From the sequence record NC_073322.1: a stretch of DNA of 42,145 nucleotides. The stretch is one strand, 5' to 3'. Under the pieces are notes generated by a model. It had not been told where the DNA came from. It was given only the letters and a program-made list of their open reading frames with translations, and made no database searches. How positions within the stretch are numbered: position 1 is the first letter of the stretch; each line of letters starts with the position of its first letter. This DNA is from Escherichia phage vB_EcoS-Ro145c2YLVW. The position numbers were made by a program, and so were the translations under genes. This document shows, one piece after another, positions 8,806-16,517 of the stretch.

Positions 8806-9857
8806 GCAAGCTATCGCAGATGATTATCAGCCATCAAATATGGCTACAGAGACTAGGAACGCAAACAGCGTCGCTGTCCGTCCCCTTCGTCAATAAGATG
8901 CGTGCGGAGGTGCGCGACGCGGTGCTTAAGTTCGGTGACGACGCGCGCACAGTGAAGAAGCTGAATAAAATGCTGACAAGCCTGGATGGCGTGCTGGATG
9001 ACGTCACCGGCGATTGGAAGAGCACGATAGAGAAGAGCCTTCGCGAGATTGCCGACTACGAGAATAAGTGGTTTATCCATACGCTGGAGGCCAACACGAA
9101 GCCGAAAACGTTTATTACCGGACCTACGGCAGAAGAACTGTGGTCGCGTATCAAGTTCGCACCACTGGCGATGGGTAACTCACCTGTCGGCGTTATGGAC
9201 CTGATGTCAGGCTGGGCGCAGACCGAGCGTAACCGCCTTGTGCGCGGCGTACAGACCGGCTTTGTGCAGGGGCAGACAACCCACCAAATTGTCTCTGCCG
9301 TTGTGGGCCCCGGTGGCCTGGCCGATATATCTGAGCGCAACGTAATGACGGTAGTCCGAACAGCAGTGAGTCACGTATCGAACACGGCGCGAGACTCTGT
9401 GTACGACAGCAACAGCGATATTGTGAGCAAATATCAGTGGGTATCTACGCTCGACAGCCGTACTTCGACTGTATGTAAGTCGCGCGACGGCCAGAAATAT
9501 GACATAGGTAGAGGGCCGATGCCCCCCGCCCATCCGAACTGCCGCAGTACCACTATCCCGGTAATCGAAGATGACTTCCTGGACTTTCTCGACGAGGGGG
9601 CTAAGCGGGCGGCTAAGGGTGCGGACGGCGGTACTCAGGTAAGCGCAGACACCACCTATTACGAGTTCCTGAAGCAACAACCGGCATGGTTTCAGGACCA
9701 GGCGCTCGGCCCTGTTCGCGGTAAGATTTTCCGCGGCAGCGGTATATCGCCGGAAGAGTTTCGCGTAATATCTGTAGATGGTTTCGGGAATCCGCTCACG
9801 CTTAAGCAGATGGCGGAACTCGATAAACGTGTTGCTGATTATCTGAAAGGGGAATAA
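8802..9857 (+). CDS. head morphogenesis / minor head protein
   Basis: Position after portal with overlapping start; size 351 aa. Confidence 0.65.
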   Translation: MSKLSQMIISHQIWLQRLGTQTASLSVPFVNKMRAEVRDAVLKFGDDARTVKKLNKMLTSLDGVLDDVTGDWKSTIEKSLREIADYENKWFIHTLEANTKPKTFITGPTAEELWSRIKFAPLAMGNSPVGVMDLMSGWAQTERNRLVRGVQTGFVQGQTTHQIVSAVVGPGGLADISERNVMTVVRTAVSHVSNTARDSVYDSNSDIVSKYQWVSTLDSRTSTVCKSRDGQKYDIGRGPMPPAHPNCRSTTIPVIEDDFLDFLDEGAKRAAKGADGGTQVSADTTYYEFLKQQPAWFQDQALGPVRGKIFRGSGISPEEFRVISVDGFGNPLTLKQMAELDKRVADYLKGE

Positions 9858-10318
9858 TGATGGGCTTTTTCAAAATTACTGATGTACCGTCGCGCCGCGT
9901 AGTCCAGTTTGCCCGTGTGTCTGGCTCTGGCGAGAACGTGGTGTTTATTGATGATGAAAGTGAACTGGGTACTCCTGTAGACGATATGCCGTTTGCCGAC
10001 AAGACCGGTATTGCGCTACCAGCGGCGGGTATGCTTTACGAGATTCCGTATCTGGCTGATGCAGGTGATGTTTATTTCTCGGTACAACCTAAAGATGCAG
10101 AACTGACAGACGGCAGCGCGACTATCACTGTCGAAGTTAAGGCGGGTAAAGCCCCCTATGCGCTGGCATGGTACAAAGACGGCAAGGAAGTGGTAAATGC
10201 CCCGGAAGAGGCTTTGTCACTGACGGTTAACGCCGCGGGTGAATACTTCGTTAAAGTTACTGATGCCAATGGAGTGGAGGCGGTTAGCAAAGCGGCGAAG
10301 GTTACTAAGCCAGAATGA
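9857..10318 (+). CDS. structural protein with C-terminal Ig-like domain
   Basis: C-terminal segment PYALAWYKDGKEV...EYFVKVTDANG resembles Ig-like fold; homologous to domain in 13649..13999. Confidence 0.5.
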   Translation: MMGFFKITDVPSRRVVQFARVSGSGENVVFIDDESELGTPVDDMPFADKTGIALPAAGMLYEIPYLADAGDVYFSVQPKDAELTDGSATITVEVKAGKAPYALAWYKDGKEVVNAPEEALSLTVNAAGEYFVKVTDANGVEAVSKAAKVTKPE

Positions 10319-10321
10319 TAA

Positions 10322-10348
10322 AAGGCCCCATTATGGGGCCTTAGTTTT
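10322..10348. terminator. bidirectional hairpin terminator
   Basis: AAGGCCCCA-TTA-TGGGGCCTT stem-loop followed by AGTTTT; sits between convergent genes. Confidence 0.6.
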
Positions 10349-10571
10349 AAACTTCCACGTCTATCACCAAATCATCAGGCATGGTTATGACTATTTTATC
10401 GTTTTCATAGAACGGGCTAAGAGGCTCATTTTCAGGCTGCAAACGTAAAGTTAGCTTTTTATCACCAAAATAATCTATGTAACGAACCCAGTACCACTCG
10501 TCGAATACCTGTACCTTTTCTCCGGGGCGTACATCTCTAGCCTTCTTTTGATTCGTAAATCTAATCGGCAT
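10347..10571 (-). CDS. hypothetical protein (74 aa), antisense moron
   Basis: ATG with AGGAGG SD; driven by class A promoter at 10598-10626; ends at the bidirectional terminator. Confidence 0.55.
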   Translation of the reverse strand: MPIRFTNQKKARDVRPGEKVQVFDEWYWVRYIDYFGDKKLTLRLQPENEPLSPFYENDKIVITMPDDLVIDVEV

Positions 10572-10597
10572 AAATACCTCCTGTTTAAGTTAACTGA

Positions 10598-10626
10598 ATA
10601 GTACCCTACTATATTGGGGTGTGCAA
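10598..10626 (-). promoter_or_regulatory. sigma70-like promoter, class A cassette
   Basis: Minus strand TTGCAC-17 nt-TACTAT; near-identical to cassettes at 512, 20344, 41428. Confidence 0.5.
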
Positions 10627-10692
10627 ACTATTTGTTTATGTATTCCAGTTATTCCGCTCAATTGTAAATGTTGGAATAAACTATTCGAATAG

Positions 10693-10721
10693 TTGACTTT
10701 TCACTGAAAATGTGCTAAGCT
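10693..10721 (+). promoter_or_regulatory. promoter with extended -10 (TTGACT-17 nt-TGcTAAGCT)
   Basis: -35 TTGACT 10693-10698, TG motif then TAAGCT 10716-10721; preceded by GGAATA-type repeats. Confidence 0.4.
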
Positions 10722-10728
10722 CCACCTG

Positions 10729-10929
10729 AGCTTGTGAAGTATGAACAAGCGACCGCGGCGCGGGCAGGTAACGGAGCGGGACGTAAGTCCTGAGTGTAGT
10801 TACGCTGACGCGTTCGGAAGGGCCATACTCTATTGCTTGTGTAAAAAGTAACGGGTTTACTGAGATTACGCCGTTTCTATGTTTAAATGATAAGGCCTAG
10901 CGCCCCGCTTTATGGCGGGGCTTTACTTA
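10729..10929 (+). ncRNA. candidate small RNA or structured leader upstream of spanins
   Basis: About 200 nt between a promoter and a GC-rich hairpin (GCCCCGC-TTTATG-GCGGGGC plus T-rich tail); no ORF over 10 codons; internal hairpin GCTTGT-N9-ACAAGC. Confidence 0.3.
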
Positions 10930-10945
10930 TCGAGAAAGGGGAAAC

Positions 10946-11332
10946 ATGAATCTTAAAGCAACTGTCATGGCAGGAGCATGTTTCATCATCCTGGTTTACG
11001 CACACGGCATCTACCAGTATCGCAGCGGCTGGAACGAGGGCCGGGCGAATCTCATTTCGCAGCAACAGCAGAAAGCACAAGCTGAGTTAGCGAAGAAAAC
11101 ACAACGGCAGCAGCAGGATGAATCAAAGGCCGCGGCCGCTGACAACGAAGGCAAGACGAAATCAGAGGTGATTACCCGTGAAGTCGTTAAGTACATTAAA
11201 ACGCCTGGTCGCAGCGTGTGCACTTTCGACCCTGAGCGCGTGCAGCTCAAGTCCCGCGCCGTCGCAAACGCCAATTCCATCCCCGGATACGACGATGATG
11301 CAGCCGCCGTGCAAACTGGCACCGCCAAGTAG
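10946..11332 (+). CDS. i-spanin (Rz-like)
   Basis: N-terminal membrane helix then charged Q/K/E-rich coiled-coil region; o-spanin-like gene embedded in +1 frame. Confidence 0.6.
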   Translation: MNLKATVMAGACFIILVYAHGIYQYRSGWNEGRANLISQQQQKAQAELAKKTQRQQQDESKAAAADNEGKTKSEVITREVVKYIKTPGRSVCTFDPERVQLKSRAVANANSIPGYDDDAAAVQTGTAK

Positions 11333-11441
11333 CGACGCTGACGAGGATTTGGCTGTCGACGTTCAGAACGCCGAATGCGCACGGCAATTGCGCCTGAAAG
11401 TGTTCATGTTGCAGGATTACGTGAGGAATATTCTGGAATAG
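11178..11441 (+). CDS. o-spanin (Rz1-like lipoprotein)
   Basis: Signal peptide with lipobox LSAC, proline-rich mature region; starts inside Rz-like gene and extends past its stop. Confidence 0.6.
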   Translation: MKSLSTLKRLVAACALSTLSACSSSPAPSQTPIPSPDTTMMQPPCKLAPPSSDADEDLAVDVQNAECARQLRLKVFMLQDYVRNILE

Positions 11442-11475
11442 TTGCCTTGCATGTTGGAATAATTTATTCTTGACA
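11420..11475 (+). promoter_or_regulatory. operator-like GGAATA repeat region with -35-like TTGACA
   Basis: GAATATTC and GAATAATTTATTC palindromes plus 12-mer ATGTTGGAATAA shared with 10664-10675; TTGACA at 11470 with no clear -10. Confidence 0.3.
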
Positions 11476-11523
11476 TGTAAATCCGGGTGGCCCGGGTTCC
11501 AACGTCCAGGGGACATACTGACT

Positions 11524-12225
11524 ATGAATCGTTTTTTACGTTATCCGTTCCAGGAAGAAGCTGGGGCAGAAGATAAATCCGCCGGCGGTGACGCGCCGAA
11601 AATGTTCACCGCTGAAGAAGTTCAGGCGCTGATTGAGAAAGAAGTTGCCGGGCTTAAGGCCAATCAGGAAGCATTGCTGGCGGAGAAGAAAGAAGCTGCC
11701 CGTAAAGCAAGAGAGGCTGAAGAAGAACGGCAGCGCGCACACCAGGAGGCATTAAAAGCCGCCGGTAAGATGGACGAGTTCGAAAAGACGATTCGTAGCC
11801 AGTATGACCCGGTGTTAGCAGAGAAAGATGGTCGCATCACCAAAATGGCTGAGCGCATCCTCGGCAGCGAACGTAAAGCGGTGTTAGGCTCTTTCGCTGG
11901 TGACTTTATTACCCCGGAAGCAGTAGACATTCTTGCGTCGTTCGTTATGACTGGGTTCGAAGGCGATGATGTTGTTACTAAGTTTGTTGGCGCAGACGGT
12001 AACGTAATCACGACTGACCCGGAACAGTTCCGCAAATACCTGCGCGAACACAAAGCGTTTTCGCATTTGATTAAAGCAAATGCAGCTTCCGGCGGCGGGG
12101 CTTCCGGTGGCAAAGGCGGCGGGGCCGCACCAGCGTTTAAAGACATGAGTGAAGCGGAGCGTTTAGCTCTGTATAAATCGAACCCTGCCGAATTTGAACG
12201 GCAACTTAAAGCCCTGAGGAAATAA
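11524..12225 (+). CDS. scaffolding protein (putative)
   Basis: Coiled-coil, Ala/Glu/Lys-rich 234-aa protein directly upstream of major capsid gene. Confidence 0.55.
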   Translation: MNRFLRYPFQEEAGAEDKSAGGDAPKMFTAEEVQALIEKEVAGLKANQEALLAEKKEAARKAREAEEERQRAHQEALKAAGKMDEFEKTIRSQYDPVLAEKDGRITKMAERILGSERKAVLGSFAGDFITPEAVDILASFVMTGFEGDDVVTKFVGADGNVITTDPEQFRKYLREHKAFSHLIKANAASGGGASGGKGGGAAPAFKDMSEAERLALYKSNPAEFERQLKALRK

Positions 12226-12227
12226 TA

Positions 12228-13277
12228 ATGGCAATTACCACTATCGGCGATATCGTAACTGGCAACATCCCGGTCCTGGCGTCTTATATGACCGAGGATC
12301 CGGTAGAAAAAACCGCGTTCTTCCAGTCCGGTATTCTGACCCCGACTCCGTACGCTGCCGAGATTGCTCGTGGCCCGTCCAATATCGCTAATATTCCTTT
12401 CTGGAAAGCGATTGATACCTCTATCGAGCCTAACTACTCGAACGATGTGTATCAGGACATCGCTACCCCGCGTAATGTGCAAACCGGTGAGATGATGGCC
12501 CGCGTTGCGTACCTGAACGAAGGTTTTGGTCAGGCGGACCTGACTGTTGAACTTACCAGCCAGAATCCGCTGCAATCCGTGGCGTCCCGTCTGGATAACT
12601 TCTGGCAGCGCCAGGCGCAACGCCGTCTGATTGCTACCGCGCTCGGCCTGTACAACGACAACGTAGCCGCTACCGATGCTTACCACGAGCAGAATGACAT
12701 GGTAATCGACGTGTCCGCTACTCTGGGCTTCGACTCCGGCGCGTTCATCGACGCTACCCAGACTATGGGTGATGCTCTGATGGGCAACGGCGGTGAAGTG
12801 TTGGGTGCTATCGCGATGCACAGCTTCGTTTATGCGCAGGCGCGTAAGCAGCAGCTTATCGACTTCATTCGTGATGCTGACAACAACACCATGTTTGCCA
12901 CCTACCAGGGCTACCGTGTGATTGTTGACGACAGCATGACCGTAGTCGGTACCGGCCCGAGCCGTAAGTTCATCTCCATCATCTTTGGCAATGGCGCTAT
13001 CGGTTACGGCGAAGGCTCCCCGGCCAATCCGCTGGCCTACGAGCGCGAAGAATCCCGCGGCAACGGCGGTGGCGTTGAAACCCTGTGGACCCGTAAGACC
13101 TGGTTGCTGCATCCACTGGGCTACAGCTTCACCAGCACAGTAATCACCGGTAACGGCACCGAGACTGTCGCACGTTCTGCTTCCTGGCAGGACCTGGCGA
13201 ACGCCTCCAACTGGAACCGTGTGGTTGAGCGTAAGCATGTACCGATTGCCTTCCTGGTAACTGGTGTCGGGGCTTAA
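12228..13277 (+). CDS. major capsid protein
   Basis: 349-aa protein following scaffold, followed by strong terminator; position and size typical. Confidence 0.8.
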   Translation: MAITTIGDIVTGNIPVLASYMTEDPVEKTAFFQSGILTPTPYAAEIARGPSNIANIPFWKAIDTSIEPNYSNDVYQDIATPRNVQTGEMMARVAYLNEGFGQADLTVELTSQNPLQSVASRLDNFWQRQAQRRLIATALGLYNDNVAATDAYHEQNDMVIDVSATLGFDSGAFIDATQTMGDALMGNGGEVLGAIAMHSFVYAQARKQQLIDFIRDADNNTMFATYQGYRVIVDDSMTVVGTGPSRKFISIIFGNGAIGYGEGSPANPLAYEREESRGNGGGVETLWTRKTWLLHPLGYSFTSTVITGNGTETVARSASWQDLANASNWNRVVERKHVPIAFLVTGVGA

Positions 13278-13293
13278 GGTTAAGATATAATCG

Positions 13294-13320
13294 GGAGGGA
13301 CTTCGGTCCCTCTTTTCATT
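13294..13320 (+). terminator. rho-independent terminator
   Basis: GGGAGGGAC-TTCG-GTCCCTC hairpin followed by TTTTCATTT. Confidence 0.65.
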
Positions 13321-13336
13321 TACTAAGAGGTAAATT

Positions 13337-13636
13337 ATGGCTAAGACCGGAAAAGGCTTGCCGCGCAGCCTTCAGAACGTCGATTTCGGCGACTTTGACA
13401 TCCCAGTAACGCCGGCTACTACCAGCGTAGTTGGTGGGGTTAAAAAGTCAGCTACTGTGGCTGCACCTGCGGCCATTACCGCTGGCGAAGGAGCGCAGTC
13501 TGCTGATGCTCCAACTAAGACAGAGTTCGATGCTCTTGTAGCCGAGTACAACAAACTTCGAACTGATGTTACCGCGCTGCGCACTACCGTAGCAAATCTG
13601 TTGACTGCGCTTAAAAACGCAGGAACCGTAAGCTAA
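13337..13636 (+). CDS. hypothetical head-associated protein
   Basis: Track ORF; Ala/Thr-rich with C-terminal coiled coil. Confidence 0.5.
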   Translation: MAKTGKGLPRSLQNVDFGDFDIPVTPATTSVVGGVKKSATVAAPAAITAGEGAQSADAPTKTEFDALVAEYNKLRTDVTALRTTVANLLTALKNAGTVS

Positions 13637-13648
13637 AGGAGCTTAAAA

Positions 13649-13999
13649 ATGGTTGATGTAATCAAACGTCGTATTACCGGAGTTTCTGACGATTCTCCTG
13701 CCGACGGTCAGGTTGAAATCGACATGGCAAATATCTCACCAGCATCTTTTTCTACCGCGCTTGCGGCTACTACCGCAGTTACAGCAGGGAATACAATGAC
13801 TCTTACCGTAGTGGTAACTGGCGGTCTGGAGCCGTATTCCTACCAGTGGTACAAAGATAACAACGCTATCGCTGGCGCAAACGCTGCTTCCTATGCGAAG
13901 GCGTCCACTACTACCGCAGATTCAGGCACGTATAAAGTGGTTGTTCACGACGTATATGGTAATATTATCTCCAGTAGCACCATAGCAACTGTATCTTAA
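13649..13999 (+). CDS. structural protein with Ig-like domain
   Basis: PYSYQWYKDNNAI...GTYKVVVHDVYG resembles Ig-like fold; paralogous domain in 9857..10318. Confidence 0.55.
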   Translation: MVDVIKRRITGVSDDSPADGQVEIDMANISPASFSTALAATTAVTAGNTMTLTVVVTGGLEPYSYQWYKDNNAIAGANAASYAKASTTTADSGTYKVVVHDVYGNIISSSTIATVS

Positions 14000-14035
14000 T
14001 ACCGCGGCCCTTCGGGGCCGTAATAAGGAAAGGTC

Positions 14036-14215
14036 ATGGCAGATAATTATGTAATCCGCGAAAAGTACACCCACGTTGATGTTGTTGACGGTCAGGTGAC
14101 GCCAGTTCGCGGTGTGGTAGAAGAGGATGAACTGGTAGCGGTTCAACCGGAGAACGAAGAAGCGCGCAACAACGGTGGTGGTGTTAAGCGTCGTCGCCGT
14201 AAGTCGGAGGAATAA
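14036..14215 (+). CDS. hypothetical small protein (59 aa)
   Basis: ATG after AAGGAAAGG; basic C-terminus; just below track cutoff. Confidence 0.35.
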   Translation: MADNYVIREKYTHVDVVDGQVTPVRGVVEEDELVAVQPENEEARNNGGGVKRRRRKSEE

Positions 14216-14218
14216 TTC

Positions 14219-14731
14219 ATGCCGCTAATCGTGGAAGATGGGTCGATAGTACCTGACGCTGACAGTTACGTTAGCCTGGCTGATGCCCGCGCGTTAGCGG
14301 CTAATTATGGCTTTGAGCTGCCGGAAGACGATACCGCAGCAGAGGTGGCCTTGCGCAACGGCGCTACTTATGTCGGGCTTGCAGAACCGCAGATGTGCGG
14401 TCGTCGTGTATCCGCAGAGCAGTCTCTTGCGTACCCCCGCACCGGCGTTACGTTAAACGGATTCCCTGTAGCGAACAATGTCATTCCGAAGCAGGTAATT
14501 CTTGCGCAGGTAATCGCCGCTGTTACGTATGGTGTAGGTACGGAAGTGCGAGCTAACTCTGATGGGCGTTCCGTGCAGACTGAGCGCGTAGAAGGCGCAG
14601 TGACCGTGACATACTTCAACAACGGCAACAGTGGCGCTACGACCGCAATTACCGCCGCGGACGATGCCTTACGCCCGTTACTGTGTGGCGGACTTAACAA
14701 TGGCTTCTCCTTTAACGTGTACCGGGGTTAA
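14219..14731 (+). CDS. head-tail connector/adaptor (putative)
   Basis: Position between capsid and tail genes; track ORF. Confidence 0.45.
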   Translation: MPLIVEDGSIVPDADSYVSLADARALAANYGFELPEDDTAAEVALRNGATYVGLAEPQMCGRRVSAEQSLAYPRTGVTLNGFPVANNVIPKQVILAQVIAAVTYGVGTEVRANSDGRSVQTERVEGAVTVTYFNNGNSGATTAITAADDALRPLLCGGLNNGFSFNVYRG

Positions 14732-14733
14732 AA

Positions 14734-15348
14734 ATGGCGAAGACTAAAACAGAGATGTTTACCCTTATAGGCGCTAATCTTCCAGATAACACCGACAAAC
14801 TTATCACCCCCGCAGCATTGCGCGAGGTAATGACGCAGATGGCCGACTCGCCTATTTACGCCACTCCGGGTGTTAAAGAGGTAGAAGTTCTCCGTGCCGC
14901 GTCAACCGTGGCACAAGCGCCTACCGCAGTAGATACGGCATTGCAGTTAACTTTCGGCTCCGCTCAGGGGAGTGCATCTGACCCGGTAATGATTAATGCT
15001 GCGGGGCTGGTTACGTCCAACACCGCAGGTAACTACGCCGTTCGCATCAAGTTACAGGCCGGGCGCACCGGGGCCAGCGGTACATCTATCCTGCTATCGC
15101 GCATCCTCGTCAACGGCGCTCAATACGGTTCCCCCGCAGCAACTAAGCTGGTAAGCGCCGACATAACAATTCCTATTGAGTCCCGCGTTGTTATTGGCCC
15201 AACCGCAGGCCAGACGTTTGCCGTTCAGATTATGCGGGATAGCGCCGGGAGTAACTTCGGCGGCGTATATCCGCAAGCGGCTACGGTAACTGCATGGGGT
15301 ACAGCACCATCTGCGCTACTGGTTATCTCGAGACTGGAGGCTGCCTGA
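14734..15348 (+). CDS. hypothetical structural protein
   Basis: Track ORF, tight coupling with neighbours. Confidence 0.5.
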   Translation: MAKTKTEMFTLIGANLPDNTDKLITPAALREVMTQMADSPIYATPGVKEVEVLRAASTVAQAPTAVDTALQLTFGSAQGSASDPVMINAAGLVTSNTAGNYAVRIKLQAGRTGASGTSILLSRILVNGAQYGSPAATKLVSADITIPIESRVVIGPTAGQTFAVQIMRDSAGSNFGGVYPQAATVTAWGTAPSALLVISRLEAA

Positions 15349-15686
15349 TGAGCACCGATTTCAGTAAACGTATGCAAGGCGTAGGTACGCGCCTGCTAAC
15401 CAAATTCGGTAGCACGGTATCTCTGGTTCGCGCTGGCTCGAAAGTGTGGGACGAAGTTCTCGGCGAATACGTCTGGTCTGCGGATGAAGTGTTGCCGTTG
15501 AAGGCCGTTCCGGTTCCTGTTAACGCAGGACTGGTAAACGGTACGACGATTCAGGCAGGTGACATGATCGTTAAGGCTGATTACAGCGTCGTTCCGAAGA
15601 TGGAAGACAAGGTGCAATTTGGCGGCGAGCAATGGTCTATCGAAGCCATTGAGAAGAAGATGGTTAATGATGATGACGTGTCCTAA
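15348..15686 (+). CDS. head-tail joining protein (putative)
   Basis: Track ORF 15294..15686 trimmed to ATG 15348 overlapping upstream stop. Confidence 0.45.
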   Translation: MSTDFSKRMQGVGTRLLTKFGSTVSLVRAGSKVWDEVLGEYVWSADEVLPLKAVPVPVNAGLVNGTTIQAGDMIVKADYSVVPKMEDKVQFGGEQWSIEAIEKKMVNDDDVS

Positions 15687-15703
15687 TTTATGCAGGTGAG
15701 AAA

Positions 15704-16102
15704 ATGACAACATTTGAACAGTCTATTCAGAATTTTATAAAGAAGGCCAAAAAGAACCCTGAACTGGTGGTTCGCCAGGTCACGATTAAATTATATTCTC
15801 AGATTATAATGGCAAGTCCCGTTAAGACGGGTAGATTCAGGATGAATTGGCAGGTCAGTAATAACAAGCCAGCAACGGGTGTTTTAATAGCAGACGACCC
15901 TTCCGGGAGCAGAGCTATAGGTCGGATGACAAATTACGTTATATCATCTCCTGAGTGGGAAAATTTCTGTTTTACAAATAATTTGCCATATGCGGAAAGG
16001 TTAGAATATGGGTACTCACAACAAGCACCTCAAGGCATGGTCCGTGTGACTGTCGCCAGATTTCAACGTCTACTCAACGAAGCTGCGGCGAGGGCAGATT
16101 GA
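15704..16102 (+). CDS. tail completion / neck protein (HK97 gp10-like, putative)
   Basis: Size and position before major tail protein. Confidence 0.45.
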   Translation: MTTFEQSIQNFIKKAKKNPELVVRQVTIKLYSQIIMASPVKTGRFRMNWQVSNNKPATGVLIADDPSGSRAIGRMTNYVISSPEWENFCFTNNLPYAERLEYGYSQQAPQGMVRVTVARFQRLLNEAAARAD

Positions 16103-16515
16103 TGGGCTACTTTGAGGACTTAACCAAAGCGTTTGATGTGCCGTTGGTGGCCTTCGGGACCGCAAACGGCATCAGGGTTGCGCTTGAAAATATCGACGCG
16201 CCGACGTCAACCGATACGCCGTATCTGGCGAGTTACATGTTGCTGGCAGATACGGAACAGGCGGATTTGTTCTTCACCGAGCAACGCTCAGGTGTTTATC
16301 AGGTCAACATTAACTACGCGTCGGTGAAAGGTAGCGCGCCAATCAATAAAATGGCAGACTTACTTAACACGGTGTTTAAAGCAGGTAAGTCATTTTCACG
16401 TAACGACATCTGCGCCGAGGTTCAATCAGTTAGCCTGGGGCCGCTGATTGTAGAAAACGGATGGGCCAAAAGACCATTGTCAATTAACTTTATTGCATTC
16501 ACCAAGAGGCTGTGA
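16099..16515 (+). CDS. tail terminator-like protein (putative)
   Basis: Track ORF, position immediately upstream of major tail protein. Confidence 0.45.
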   Translation: MMGYFEDLTKAFDVPLVAFGTANGIRVALENIDAPTSTDTPYLASYMLLADTEQADLFFTEQRSGVYQVNINYASVKGSAPINKMADLLNTVFKAGKSFSRNDICAEVQSVSLGPLIVENGWAKRPLSINFIAFTKRL

Positions 16516-16517
16516 AT

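Noticed and set aside
11664-13319. 551-aa ORF on the minus strand spanning the scaffold and major capsid genes
   Set aside because: Antisense to two well-supported, syntenic structural genes; its translation has the Arg/Ser/Ala/Gly-rich composition typical of a reverse frame of a GC-rich gene; no promoter or Shine-Dalgarno support
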